Assembly: GCF_009834535.1 (NCBI RefSeq)
Contig: NC_045696.1
Coordinates: 55,802,001-55,866,000 of the forward strand
Source: Camelus ferus
Taxonomy: Eukaryota
Length of the DNA stretch: 64,000 bases
Reading direction: 5' to 3'
Shown: one piece after another, positions 46,001 through 59,480 of the stretch
Position numbering within the stretch: position 1 is the first letter of the stretch
Layout of the letters: the number at the start of each line of letters is the position of its first letter
Notes under the pieces: generated by a model
What the model saw: the letters and a program-made list of their open reading frames with translations, nothing else
The model's database searches: none
Told to the model about the DNA's origin: nothing
Translations under genes and position numbers: made by a program

Positions 46001-49000
46001 ATGTTTTCCTCCTCTTTTAGCACAGTGAACACGGGTCTAAATGTGTACCGAAATAAAAATGCTCTAAGCCATTATGTTATTGCAGGAGGTAAGACATTTT
46101 TGCTCTTATTTACATTTTTCAATCTCAAATGTGGTTTCAGTAATACATAAAGACTTAGAAGTCATGGCTACTGAATTCTTTAGTTGGCTTGTCCTCACAT
46201 CTCATTCAACATTCATGCAAATTTTAACATTCATGCAAAATGTATGGAGAGTATTGTGCTTGGTCCTGGGTATATTTGGTGGACAAAACAGAAAAGCTAT
46301 CCAAACCAAACTCTTGTCTTTGTACCCTAACTTGCACATTTGCTCCTGCTATATGTTCTCTATAATCTGCCCTGTTAAATTCCAAAACTGGAAATCAAGT
46401 AGTTATGTGGTTCAGCCCTTTATTTCCCCTTTCCAAACTTCTGCTTCTGTTAATTTTATTCCTTAAATATATATGGACTCTCTCACCTCCTCTTTGTTTC
46501 CACTGCTGCTGTCAGGTCTTCCCTGTTCCTAATCTTGGTTTGCTTCATCACTACTGTTACCTTACTTTTTTGAAATACGAACAAGATTATAACATTTTTC
46601 TGCTTCAGATTCTTCCACAGTTTCCCATTACTATAATGTCAGTTTTTGGCCTGACCTCATGCACCATTCTTGCCCGAGCCTTATGAATCTACTTGTGTTT
46701 CTCAAACCCAGCATATTCTTGCTTTACACATGTTGGTCTCTTCTTGAACCCACCTTCCTGCTTCCACAACTAATTTTGTTCAGATCCTTATTTAACCTGT
46801 CTTTCAAGGTTCACTTCAATCTGTCAGGCTCAGCTTTCCCTAAAGAGTTCTCCTAGCCCCTATTTCCCTATCTTAGGTCCCTTTCCCCTGTGTTCTCATT
46901 ATTTACTATAAATAGTGTTATCAGCGCAATTATCACAGTATATTGTAGTTGTTTACTTGTTTTGCTTCCCTGCTAGACAACTTACTTGAATTCAGAGAAA
47001 GTGTTTGCCTTTATTTCACAATTGTTTGATTCATAGCAGGATAGAATAAAGGTTTCTTGATTGAATATAAATAATAGTAAAATAAGAATAGAAAAATATA
47101 TCTGATAGAATATGTATTTTATCTCAAACCAGCAACCAACATTAAAATTAATGGTGTAACATTAAAGTAATTTATCCTGAAGTCAGAATCAGGTAAGGAT
47201 GTCTCTCCCCTCACCATTATTATTTGACACTGGTCTGGACCAATGTATTTTTTGACATCTAGAAGTATTTTTGACATCTAGAATGCCTTTGTAAGTACCT
47301 TGGCAAATCCTCTCCCCCCAAAATAACAATAAAACTGGAAAAAATTATCAAAAACAACCATTTAAAAATTCTGGAAATTGACCAAGGACACACAACAAAT
47401 TAAGAAGCGTTTATTCAAGAATTTCTACTGCATCTCAGTAAGAACAGTGGGAGTCTGTAGTGTTTCAGCCTGAGACTGCTCACCACTCCTAGCCCCCAGC
47501 TCCATGATGTAGAAGTTCCGCAGGGGGAGGGCAGGTTGAGAGGATCAACAGTTCTGCTGTTTGAGGTGGCTGATTTGATTTGGAGCGGAGCATGTAAAAT
47601 TCCATACCTAGGGTCAACAGTTAGGGAAGGACAGTATCACACAGCTAACCTGAGGTTTTGATATTGTCTGGGGAAGCAATAGACTTGCAGATGAGGCAAA
47701 GTGTTAATAGAGATTCCAGGGAATAAGAAAGCCAAAGAAGGCTTTAGTAAGATCCTGCTAATCCCCCTGGAAAGTTACCCATATGTGTAAGTACACTCAG
47801 GAGAGACTGGTGAGGGCCCTAGCAAGCTACTTATCTTTGGTTAATTGTGAGGCCTCATGAACACAGAAAGTAAAAGCTGGAAAGGATTTATAAACTGCTT
47901 AAAGCTTGAGTGCATTCTTCAAGCCACAGACAGATCCACTAAGAGAGGGTAGCAGCCTTCTGGCTTAATACAACCTTTGACAAATCATTAGCTGACTACT
48001 AAGCAGTGTGACTCCTAGGATGCCAAACATAAAAATAAAAACTGAGCAGAAGTAATAGTGGCTGCACTCTGGCAAATCATTACATAAACAGAACCACAGC
48101 CATGCCCCTGGGTAGGGCGATGTTCCAACTTGGGTTGTTATAATTTAATACCTAAAAGTCCCAGTTTTCAAAAACAACAAAAATATCACATGACATGCAA
48201 AAACAGGGAATTTTTTTAAAAGCAGTTATTGGGTATGTCTGCGTCAAGGGCTATCTATTGGATATAACAGGAGACTTCAAGCTATTTTAAAAGAATAAAA
48301 TCAAAGTGTGATGACTATTATATAGAAAATATCAATGAAGATGGAAATTATTTTTAAAAGAATCAAATGAAAATTACGGAGTTAAATACAATAATGGAAA
48401 TTTAAAATTCATTAGAGAAGAGGCACTCAACAGCTGATTTGAGATAGCATAAGAGAATTGGTGAACTTGAAGATAGATCAATGTAGATTATCTTTTACAA
48501 AGGACAGAATTTTTAAAAATGAAGACAAGTGAACAGAGCCTCAGAGATCTGTGGGACACAGTCAAGAATATTAACACGTGTGATGAAGAGGGAAGAAAAA
48601 GTATTTTAAGAAATTATGGCCGCAAACTTCCCAAATTTGATGAAAAACATTAATCTACATACCCAAGAATCTCAACAAACTCCAAGAAGAATAAACATGA
48701 AGAGATTCACACCTAGACATATAATAGTTACACTGTTGAAAGGTAGAGAAGAATCATGAAAGCAGCAAGACAAAAACAACTTACACAGAAATGCCCAGTA
48801 AGATTCACAGCTGACTTCTTAACAGAATGCTAGAAGACAGAAGGCGGTAGAGTGACAAAGTGCTGAAAAGAATAAGCTATCAACCAGTAATTCTGTATCT
48901 AGCAAACCATCCTACAAAATTGAAGGCAAAAATAAAGACATTGGCAGATGATGAAAGAGGCTTTGTTGCCAACAGACTTGCTTTCCAAAAACACTGAAGT

Positions 49001-52000
49001 TCTTCAGGCTGAAAAGTTATATCAGATAGTAACTTGAGTCTACATGAAGAGTTTTGATGAAGATGATTATGTAATTATTGAAGGCAGTATAAATACATAT
49101 TTTCTTAACTGATCTGAAAGATATTTACATAAAATAATGCAATTGAAGTGTTGGCCATGTACTATTTAAAGCTATATATTACATTAATAGCACAAAAGAG
49201 AGGGAAGGAATGGGCTTCTGTTGGAGCAATGAAGTGACATCAAATAGTAACTTGGCTCCACAGGAAGACATGAAAAGTACTAGAAATAGTAAATACATAG
49301 GTTAATATAAAAGACTTTGTAAATCTGTTGTTTCCCCTTTTCTTAGTTGTTTTTCCCCTTAACATCTTTAAAATTTATATGGTTGTGTAAAGTAATAATA
49401 TTCTACTGTTGTTTTTAAATGTATATGCATAACAAATGGCAATAATAGCACAAAAATGGGAGAGGAGTTGAGCTGTATTAGAACCATGTTTCTACATTTA
49501 ACTGGAATTAAATTAGTACTGATCTGAAGTAGACTGTTGTAAGGTATATCGTATAATCCCTAAAGCACATAATAAGAAAGTAACTTTTGAAAGTAGTAAC
49601 AAGGTCAAAAGGGAATTGGAGAAGATGTAGAAAACAAATAGCAAAATGGCAGATCTAAATCTAACTATATCAGTAATAGCATTAAAATATGAATGGATTA
49701 AGCATTCCAATCAATAGAGATTGTCCAACTGAATTTTAAAAAGGATCCAACTATGCTGTCTGCAAGAGACATATTTTAGGTTTGAAGAACCAAATAAGTT
49801 GACAGTAAAAATATCAAAAAAGATACACTATGCAAACGGTGAGAAAGAGCTTGAGTGACTATACTAGTATCAGACAAAATAGACTTTAAGACAAAAGTGC
49901 TAGAGATGAAGGACATTTTATAATGTTAAGAGGGAAAATCCACCAAGAAGATATAACATATGTAAACATATTTATCTAACAGCTCCAAAATACAGGAAGC
50001 ACACACTTTGAAGAGAGGAGAAATAGACAACTCAATCACAGTGGTTTAATATTCCACTTTTAATAATGGGTAAAACAACTAGAGGGAGAATCAACAAGCA
50101 TATAGAAGATGTGAACAACACTATCACCCTATGTGATGTAATAGCATCTCTAGAACACTCCACCTAGCAACAGCAGAATTCTCATTCTTTTCAAGTGCAC
50201 AGGGGACACTTTCTAAGCTCAAGCATATGCAAGGCTATAAAACAAGTCTCAATACACTTAAAAGGATTGAAATCACACGAAGTATGACCTCTGACATCAA
50301 TGGAATTTTTTTTTAATTGGGAAATCCACAAGTATTTGAAAATTAAACAATGCATTCATAAATAACCCATAAACCAAAGAGGAAATCACAAGGTAAATTT
50401 GAAGTATTTTGAACTGAATGAAAATGAAAGCACATTATATTAAAATTTATGAGATGCAGTCAAATTAAAAGAAAGGCCTCAAATGAATAAGCTCTCACTT
50501 TAAAAACTGGAAAATTGAAGAGCAAAAAATAAACCTAAAATAAGCAGACAGAAGGAAGTTAGTAGAATTAGAATGACAGTCAATGAAATCAAAAGAAAAA
50601 CAGTAGGGAGTATCTATGAAACCAAAAGTTCTTTGAAAAGAGCAACAAAACAGACAATCCTTTAGCAAGAGTGAACAAGGAAGGAAAAAAAAGACACAAA
50701 TCACCAAAATTTACAAAAGAAAAAGTAGAAAATCTGGATAGCCCTGTAACAAATTAATAAACTCAATACTTAGTTTAAAATCTTTTCACAAAGAAAAGCC
50801 CAGGACCAGATGGCTTCCCTGGCTATTTAGGAAGTCTTTCACAAACTCTTCCAGAAAATAGAGGAAGAGGGAACACTCCCCAGCTCATTCTATTAGACTA
50901 GTATTATCCTGGTACCAAAGCCAGATAAAGATAGCAAAAAAAAACTACAGATCAATGCCCCTCAAAAGCATATACACAAAAAGCCTTAACAAAATGTTAG
51001 TAAAACAAAATCCAGCAACAAATAAGGATTATACACCATGACCAAGTGGAACTTCTTTAAAGAATTCAAAGTGCATTTGACAAGATGCGTTTGACAAGAA
51101 ATCCAAAGTTCATGATAAAAACTCTCCACAGACTAGGATTAAAAGAGATCTTTAACCTGATAAAGATCATCTGTGACGAACAGCTAACACCATATTTAAT
51201 GGTGGAAGACTGATTTTTCCTTAAGATTGAGAACAAGACACATAGGTGAATACACTTGTGTCCATTATACTGGAGACTTTAGGCAGTGCATTCAGGCAAG
51301 AAAAATAAAAAAAATCCAGATTAAAAAAGAAGTAAACTGTCTTTGTTCACAGATAGTATGATCCTGTGTAATAATCTGACTCCATTTTTGATGTGTGGCC
51401 TCTGGCAGCTTCTAAACCCCACTACTCACCCTCCTCCCCCTTTTTAATTGACTGTTTTTTAAAGCAGTTTTAGATTCACAGCAAAATTGAGCAGAAGATA
51501 CAAAGAATTGACGTATACTTCTTCCCCCCTACATACACAGTCTCTCTCACTGTTAATATGCCGCACCAGAGTGGTATGTGTATTACAATTGAAGAACCTG
51601 TATTGATACATCATCACCCAAAGTCCATAGTTTACTTTATGGTTCACACGTTGTTTTACATTCTATGGGTTTGGGCAAGTGCATGATGACATGTATCCAC
51701 CATTATGGTATCACAAAAAGTGTTTTCTCTGCCCTAAAAAATCTGCTCTGCCCACTGATCTCCATCTCCCACCCTCAGCCCCTGCAACCGTTGATCTTTT
51801 TATTATCTCCATAGTTTTGTTTTTTCCAGAATGTTATATAGTTGGAATCATACAGTATGTAGCTTTTTCAGATTGGCTTCTTTTACTTAATAATATGCAT
51901 GTAAGTTTCCTCCATGTCTTTTCATGATTTGATAGCTCATTTCTGTTTAGCACTGAATAATCTATTGCCTGGATGTACAACAATTTATTTACCCATCACC

Positions 52001-55000
52001 TATTGAAGGACATTTTGGTTGCTTCCAAGTTTTGACAGTTATGAGCACAACTGCTGTAAACATCTGTGTTCAGGTTTTTGTGTGTACGTAAGTTTTCAAC
52101 TCTTTTGTGTCATTGCTGGATGGTGCAGTAAGACTATGTTTAGTTTTATAAGAAACCACCAGTCTTCTAAAGTAGAGACACCATTTTGCATTCTCACCCG
52201 GAAGGAATGCAAGTTTTTGTTGCTCTATATCCTCATCCAGCATTTGGTGGGGTTGTCAGTGTTCCAGATTTTGGCTAATAGGTTTTTAGAAATATTTGGT
52301 TTGGAAGAGAAGACTGAAATGAATCTGTAGTACTTAAATAAGGAATAAACCTCAAATGTTAATTTTTAAAAATGTTACCACCTGGAATGGCATTAGTTGT
52401 GTTGTACATGTTGAAAGAGGAAAACGAATGGACATCTTGAGTGTTCAATCTTAGTGAGAAGGAAAGTCGGCCTGTGCCCCGGCCACCAGATGGCGTTGTA
52501 GGCCAACTGCCCACTCACAGGCCTGCTCCAGAGGTGTAGGGTAGCTGTACAGACAGGGGAAGGCTGGGGGAAGGCATAAACTGCAGGGGCTGGTGAAGGT
52601 GTTATTTATTTGGGGAACGCTTTCCTTAGAGAAGGGAAGAAATGAAAGAGGTGAAAGTGAAGAAATAATAGACTTTTAAGGTGAGGTTGGCAAAAATGAA
52701 GCAGAATAACAAGAGGTTAGGTCCGTGGAACAGATTGAGCAATTCAGTTTGTAAAAGGACCATTTCTTCCTTTGAACCTGCAGAGTGGATAAGAAGCTGG
52801 CTGTAACTGTACTTTAGATTCAGGAAATGCTAGGTTGTGGTGGTATATTTATGTTGGGTTCAGAAAGCTTATTTAGAGGTTTATGCCCTTTTTATAGAGG
52901 GGATATTTTTAAATGGAACTCTAGTGTTAAAAGATGATTTAATATTGCATTTTGTTTGTTTCTTTTAAAATAGCTGTCACAGGAAGTCTTTTTAGAATAA
53001 ACTTAGGCCTGCATGGCCTGGTAGCTGGTGGTGTAATTGGAGCCTTGTTAGGGTAAGTGTTAACGTGGTTTGATTCTAAATTAACATAACTTTTATTCAT
53101 GCCTTGCCTGTTAAAAGTCTCATCATTTCTAAAGAACAAATTTAATCCTTAGGGCCTATAAAAGGTCTCTAGTCTTGTATTGGCAGTAGCTTTGACTATC
53201 TAATTCTGATTCTACCCTAATTGTTGACTTGGAGTTTTCACCAGGTAAAAACTGTTTAAATATCACTAACACCTGAAACTATTTGAGGTTTGAACAAAGA
53301 TATTATAAGGGGCAGGAAAAAAAAATAAGAAACAGTTAAAGAGCACATTCTGTAAGAATTTTTCAGTTAGGTTTTATTTGTTTAGTTTAATAAACTTTAA
53401 GAATTTTCTTCTCCAATTTTTACTTTGAAAAATTTCAAACCTGTAGAAAAGTTGAATTAGTACCCTTCACTTAGATTCACCAATTGTTAACATTTTTCCA
53501 TATTTGTTTTCTCTCTCTGTATATGTGTGGGATGTGTGTAGATTTCTTTTTCTTTTTTTTTTTTCCAAACCATTTGAGACCTCATAATTCTTCAGCTCTA
53601 AATACATCAGCATATATCTCCCAGGATGAAGAACATTCTCCAATGATATCACAGAACAGTTATCATAATAAATAATTTGGCATTGATTCAGTACTATCTA
53701 AGATAGGGTCCAAATTCAAAATTCCTCAGTTATAATAATACATATATAATTTTTAAAAATCCAAGATCTAATTGTTTCTTGCATTTTGTCATCATGTCTC
53801 TTTAGATTCCCTTAAGTTAGAATGGTTCCACTGCCTTTATTTCCCCAAGAATATTTCTCAATTTTACTTGATTATCCCTTCATGATTAGATTTAAGTCGA
53901 ATATTTTCATGAGGAACACAACAGAGGTGAAGTTGTATCCTTCTCATTGTATCACATCAAGAGACATATTATGTCACCCATTGTAAGTGATGCTAACCTG
54001 GTGTGTCAGTTTTCTGTTGCTGTATAACCACAAATTCAGCAGCTCGAAACACCACCCACTTATTATATCACTTTTCTGTAGGTCAGAAGCCTGGGTAGGC
54101 TCAGATGGGTTCTCTGCTCAGGATTTCAGAGACCAAAATCAAAGTGTTGGCCACACAGGCTCTTAAACTGGTGGCTCTGCAGGAAGAATTTGTTTTCATA
54201 AAGTTCAACTTGTTGACAGAAACCTTTGTGGCTGTAGGTCTGAAGTCCTCATTTCCTGGCTTGCTGTCAGCCAGGCACCACCCTGTTCCTAGACGCATCC
54301 ACATTCCTTCCCACAGTGCCCGCTTCGTGTTCAAACCAGCAACCAGCATGTTGAATCCCTCTCATACTTTTAATCTCTCTGACTTCTATTCTGCCACCAA
54401 CTGGAGAAAACTGCTTTTAAAGGGTTCACCCAGATAATCTCCTTTTTGATTGGCTCAGATTCAACTGATCAGTAACCTTAATTCCATCTGTAAAATTCGT
54501 TTTGCTGTGTAACATAATATAATCACAGGCATAATACTGTATTCATAGTTGAGAAATTAGGACAGGAAATTTCAGGGGACCATTTTAGAATTCTGCCTAC
54601 CATGTTTGGTATCTACTAAATTTCTCCACTGCAATATCTTTTTCCCATTGTGGTTAATAAGCAATCTGTGGGGTAAGACTGTGTGAACAGCCCACTGTCT
54701 GGCTATCTTTCTTCTAGTGGTTTTAATGACCCATTGATGATCCCTGTTGGAATCAGTTATTATAAAGGTGGTTGTAAAACATCCCTTTTTATATCCCCTT
54801 TTGGGGAGGAAACAATAAAGCTTTATGGATTTTTTTAAATTAAAAATTGTTTTGAAATTCAGCATGTTACAACCTATTGCTGACCTTATTTTTGTTGTGT
54901 TGTTAATATACTAGCTTGGTTTGAAGGGAAAAATTATTGAATTAGCCACAAAATAATTTTTTTATTGTGGTTAAAAAAAAGCCTAACATAAAAATTACCA

Positions 55001-58000
55001 TCTTAACCACTTTTAAGTGTACAGTTCAGTAGTGTTAACTATATTCACGTTGTGCAACAGATCTCTAGAACTTTTTCATCTTGCAAAACTGAAACTGTCC
55101 CCATTAAACACTAATTCTCCCTTCCCCCACCACACATCCTTTGGCAGCCACCTTTCTACTTTCTGTTTCTGTGATTTTGACTACTATGTACTTCATATGA
55201 ATGGACTCATACAATATTTATCCCTTTATAACTGGTCTGTTTCCTTAGCATACTGCCCTTGAGGTTCATCCACATTGTAGCATGTGACAGGGTGTCCCTT
55301 TTTAGAGCTGCATAATAGTCCACTGTATATACCACATTTCCTTTATGCATTCATCATTGATGAATATCTCTACCTAGCAAAAACAGTTTTAAAAATGTGG
55401 TTACAACTTAATTTATATCAGAGTCAAAAACTCCTTCTCTTTGAAAACACGGACCAAACCCTCTTTATTACTGTCCTGATTGTTATCTAAATCAGTTTTT
55501 CGGTGAGCATTCGGGGTTGAGGTTAGTTGTGCCAGACTCTTGAATTTTAGGATGTTTTGGCAGCTCCACCCCTAAAAGCCAGTACCATCCTTCCCACAAC
55601 CAAAAATGCCTTCCACATTTCTTGCCCCTTAAGGGGATCTGATAACCATTCCTGATATTAATTTCACTTCTAAGAAACCTTCAGTATAAAGCTGCTTATT
55701 GGAACTTGTCATAAATATATTTTTCCCACTTTATTTATCATTCGTGATGAAAAACAGCCAGTTTATAGACCTTTTGTTTTTATACCAGTTAATTTTAGGA
55801 AGTTGCGATGATTGTTTTTTCTTTTATTCAGACCAGGAAGGAAATTACCTTAATATTTTTTATTTGACCAGGACACTTTAATTGTCAGATGTTCCTGTAT
55901 ATGTCAGTGAGCAGGTGGCTCAGTTGGTGTTGCTTGTGCCTTAGCAGAAACACTCAACGTGTTGCATGGTCTAATGGCTCTTTCTCCTAAGCATTCCCTC
56001 CGCCTCCCCCTCAGCACTCCTATAGGAAGCCTGTTGATGGCACTTCAGAAGTACTGTGGTGAGACAGTTCAGGAGAGAAGACAGAAGGATCGAAAAGCAC
56101 TCCAGGAGCTGAAACTGGAAGAGCGGTAAGGAGCACACATTAGGATCAGGGTTTCTGACTTCCCTATCTGCAGGCTATGGTGCTCTCTGAAACTAAGGAC
56201 TGTAAATTGCCACTCAATTCAAAGAAGAGTTTCTTTTTACCTTCAGCTTGTACCCACCCTGGTCTTTTAATCTTTTTAATTAAGGAGAATGGAACAATGA
56301 AAGACACTGAGAATCTTTCCTTAGATACATTTCTTTTAAAAGTTAAAATGTTGTAAATCTCATTTAGTTGCCTATTTTTTCTTTTCCTATGTTCTCGGTT
56401 GCATAGGAAATAAATTTCCTTTACTTGCCTTTATTTAAAGATGATCTCCTTGTTTACACACACATCTATGAACACTACAGAGCATGTAAGGCCTCCACAT
56501 TCAAAGATTCTACTTCTTGATGTGGATGCACAGGAATTCAGCAGATACAGTGGCTGTTCATGGACTGGATGCCACTGAGAAGGATGTAAACTGTCACCTG
56601 TTCATCTAGTCACTCTCTGAGGTCCAGTGATAGCGGACTTCGTGCTACTTCTTTGTAAGAGCATCATAATAGGCTGTCATCTAGTGCTTTGGTACAAATG
56701 ATTCTCATAGTTCTGCTTTCTGGCCGCTAAGATGACATCTGCTGCTACTGCTGCTTTGATAGTTGAATAGATAAGTGGTCTTCTTTTTCCCATGTTTTTA
56801 CTTGAAACTTCCGTTTGTGCTAAACACATACATACACACATACACGAAAATTCTTAGTATCTGAATACCTCTTGTCCAAGGACTTAGGTGCTATAGAAGA
56901 AAGAGCATTGATTTTGGAGCCAATGAAACCTTGAAAACAAAGCTTACATCCCAGCTAGACTATTAATTAATTTTATAACCTTAGATGTTTTCCTTGACTT
57001 TAAGCCCTCAGCTGTTCAAAAGGCAGAATCACACCACAATATTCAACATATGTTTGTTTCACACCTTCCTCTTCTCCATAGTAAGAGAGTGAGTGAGATA
57101 TGCAGCTGTCTAGGTTCTAGGATAAAGCACTTGAAATTCTGAATGCCAGCATAAAATTTGATATTATGGAGAATTAAAAGCCTGAAAGCATTAGCTTATT
57201 TCTAATTCTTTAGGTGTCATAAGACTTCTTTTTTAAAAAGGAAGCTTTGAGAAAGGAATTGGAAAGGTGTAAGGAAAGTATATTGGTTATTTGAATCTGA
57301 TATAGGAAGTTATAGAAAATTGACATTTGGAAAAATATGAACAAATAATAATTGTATTCCAATCAGGAAAAAGAAAACCAAAAAAAAAAAACAAACTAGA
57401 GAAGTCACTTAACTAGCAATGGAAAGCCTCAAGAATGGGTAAAAACAATAACTTGAACTATAGAAATGGAAGAATATTTTGGCAGAAGAAAATAGTGTCA
57501 AAAGTATATAGGTTATTTAAATTTATGTGGAATTCTGAGGAGAGTTAGTAAATAAAGAACTTTTTATATGTCTGCTTCTTTGCTTGAAAATAACTACAGT
57601 ATAGAGAAATCAAAATGAGAATCTAAAAAGTTGCCTTAGTGAGGAGAAAATATAGAACACTGACTGTAGAGATATGGAAAAAGAAATGGTCAAATCTGGC
57701 TCTGAAGAGTTGAGAAGAAAGTCATAGGTGACCCTGATAACCACTTAAAGAAAGAAAGACAATAATACTTGACTTGGAAAAAGAACTGATTTGGAAATTG
57801 ATTTTAACTCCTAGTAAACATACATCTGTAGTGTTGTCCTATCTGACTTCTGTACCGAGATTTTCAATGTTACAACCTTTGTGCATGTCCTACAAAGTCT
57901 GTCAACAGAGTTTAACAGAGTGGTGGGGGATTTCCCTGGGCCCTGGGGCCTGAGGACAAAAGGACAGTCTTGTTTCAAGGCTCACACCTTAGTTCAGGGT

Positions 58001-58417
58001 GTCATCTCAGAGAGCTCCGGAATATCTTCAGGATCAGAGCTGCTGCCCCAGCAATGTCCATTTTGGTAATGTAAGAATCTTAGTTGGCTTGTGAGTGGAA
58101 TAGATTGGGAGAGAGAAGAAAGTCATTGTATTTAAAGTGTAAGGAGCAGTGTTTGCTAATAAGTTGTAGGAGAGAATGAGATAAATACTATCTTAAAAAA
58201 TAAACTCTCTAAGAACTAAAGAAATGGAGCAGTACTTGATACATACTTTTCATTCTTTGATTACAGGAAAGCCAGAATACAATTTACTGAGCTCCTCCCT
58301 GAAGAAATTGAAAGTAGTTTACAGAAAAATCAACCCAAGGATGATGCTAAGAAAATTGAAGCACTGCTAAATCTTCCTCGAAACCCTTCTTCGACAAATA
58401 AGCAAGACAAGGACTAA
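39773..58417 (+). CDS. TIMMDC1: TIMMDC1 (Tim17/22/23-family mitochondrial complex I assembly factor); join(39773..39966,42350..42516,45509..45597,46021..46088,52974..53052,56015..56125,58267..58417); 285 aa if one extra base in exon 2 is removed, 105 aa as written
   Basis: Seven GT-AG exons translate to TIMMDC1-like segments ([50 protein letters not shown]...QDKD*). Total length is 859 nt = 858+1. Confidence 0.95.
42350..42516 (+). CDS. TIMMDC1: TIMMDC1 exon 2 (contains an apparent +1 frameshift near 42462-42465)
   Basis: [37 protein letters not shown] reads in one frame and [17 protein letters not shown] in the next. Acceptor tttcag|T, donor GTG|gtacgt; 167 nt. Confidence 0.92.
42959..43143. 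mobile_element. MER2/Tigger-like DNA transposon remnant
   Basis: GTATCCAAGGGGGATTGGTTCCAGGAC...GATACCAAAATCTGC. Confidence 0.65.
44006..44182 (-). mobile_element. tRNA-Ala-derived SINE (Vic-1-like) inserted in old LINE-like sequence
   Basis: Same consensus as the other copies; 15-bp TSD AGATGGC(A/C)ATTTTCT at 43991-44005 and 44183-44197. Confidence 0.85.
45509..45597 (+). CDS. TIMMDC1: TIMMDC1 exon 3
   Basis: [29 protein letters not shown]; 89 nt. Confidence 0.95.
46021..46088 (+). CDS. TIMMDC1: TIMMDC1 exon 4
   Basis: [22 protein letters not shown]; 68 nt. Confidence 0.95.
47130..51370 (+). mobile_element. Old degenerate LINE-1 (ORF1 and ORF2 remnants) in TIMMDC1 intron 4
   Basis: A-rich plus strand. 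ORF1-like AACTTCCCAAATTTGATGAAAAAC, endonuclease-region GATCCAACTATGCTGTCTGCAAGAGAC and RT-region AAAGCCCAGGACCAGATGGCTT. No long ORF. Confidence 0.85.
51455..52290 (-). mobile_element. Old LINE-1 3' end (L1MC/MD-like)
   Basis: TTTTAAAGCAGTTTTAGATTCACAGCAAAATTGAGCAGAAG...CCATTTTGCATTCTCACC is typical of L1 3' sequence. Confidence 0.75.
52481..52498 (+). promoter_or_regulatory. Candidate CTCF site GGCCACCAGATGGCGTTG
   Basis: Matches the CTCF core CCASYAGRKGGCR at 52483-52495, in a small GC/CpG-retaining patch within an AT-rich intron. Confidence 0.6.
52974..53052 (+). CDS. TIMMDC1: TIMMDC1 exon 5
   Basis: [25 protein letters not shown]; 79 nt. Confidence 0.95.
54003..54602 (-). mobile_element. 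MaLR (MLT1-like) LTR
   Basis: TGTGTCAGTTTTCTGTTGCTGTATAAC...TCTGTAGGTCAGAAG...CCATTTTAGAATTCTGCCTACCA. Confidence 0.7.
56015..56125 (+). CDS. TIMMDC1: TIMMDC1 exon 6
   Basis: [36 protein letters not shown]; 111 nt. Confidence 0.95.
58267..58417 (+). CDS. TIMMDC1: TIMMDC1 exon 7 coding part
   Basis: [49 protein letters not shown]; 151 nt. Confidence 0.95.
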
Positions 58418-58880
58418 AAATGCTCTGGAGTTAAAACTCATTGGAGAGTTGAAGGGAGCTATGTTGCCATGTCCTTTGAATACCAGCTGGTCGGGCTGCT
58501 GACAGATGTAAGCACTGGCATCTGGAGTGGCAATGCCGTGCTTTTACCTTTTTCTTTTTAACCAAGAGTTGGACTATTATACTCTTGCTTTACTCTTCCT
58601 TAAATTTAAATACATATTTATATCTATATATTTGACATTGTATTGATTGATCAGTATAGATCTCCTTCCCTGAGTGTTTCAACAGTAAATTTAAAATCTC
58701 CCAGAAGATCACAGTTGAATTCTACGGTTGTAAATTTATTCCTGTTGTCCTCCAAAAGGGTACTGTAGGGATGACTAGGAGGAGGAAAGGAAAGAACCAG
58801 GTAAGGCAAATGGCAAGTGAAACTCTTGTGCCCTTGGTCCTAGAAACAGTAAGGGCCTAATTGTATAGTAGTTTTTTTTT

Positions 58881-58925
58881 AATAAAAATCAAAGATGGTT
58901 TCTATGCCATTTGAAAGAAAATAAA
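58881..58925 (+). terminator. Candidate TIMMDC1 poly(A) signals (AATAAA at 58881 and 58920)
   Basis: Two AATAAA hexamers about 460-500 nt after the stop, with a T-rich upstream element. Confidence 0.6.
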
Positions 58926-59214
58926 ACTTAACAAAAAGGAAGTAGGTAAACATTATTAAAGAAACACTCAGACCTTGTTTCCTCTGTCAGTATTGCAGAC
59001 CAAGTATCTCTGCTGTAGCATGCAAGAGTGACTCAGAATAGATACCCAGTCTCTGCACTCCGGGAGCTTGCTGCCCAGAGGAGGCTGCCCTGCAGATGGT
59101 AACATTGAAATGACTGAATAAGGTGTCCTGAGGGAAAAACTGCTCGTGCTTTGTTTGGGGTTAGTCTCTTAGTTCCTACTCTGAAAATACTGTTGTTCAC
59201 ATGAGCAGTGTTTG

Positions 59215-59445
59215 GGAAGCAGCCTGGAGTAGTGGCTAAAACTGTGGGCTCTGGAGGCAGAACCACTGTCCTGGAATGTCAGCCCTGTGGCTTCACAGCC
59301 AGGTGACCTACAGCAGAGCCATTTGACTTTGAATCTCAAGTTTTCTCGTTTGTCAATTGAGACAGCATCTGCCTCAGAATGGTCATTAAATGAAATGATG
59401 TGTGTAAAGCATAGTGCAATGCCGTGGGACACAGGGCATCATCTG
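59215..59445 (+). mobile_element. MIR SINE
   Basis: GCAGCCTGGAGTAGTGGCTAA...GGCTCTGGAGGCAGA...GTGTAAAGCATAG. Confidence 0.6.
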
Positions 59446-59480
59446 ATAACACGTATCAGCAGTTAAAAGGATATGAGAAC

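Noticed and set aside
46074..46856. Hydrophobic 65-130 aa ORFs in TIMMDC1 intron 4 and similar intronic ORFs elsewhere
   Set aside because: T-rich, decayed repeat-like sequence naturally gives Phe/Leu-rich ORFs. There is no splice or homology support.
47130..52290. Plus-strand L1 body next to a minus-strand L1 3' end as a twin-priming inversion, or an active L1
   Set aside because: The poly(T) end of the minus piece faces inwards, which is the wrong geometry for twin priming. ORFs are heavily disrupted.
39773..58417. Calling TIMMDC1 a pseudogene
   Set aside because: There is a single lesion, and all other exons, splice sites and the promoter are intact. This fits an error or a recent allele better than decay.
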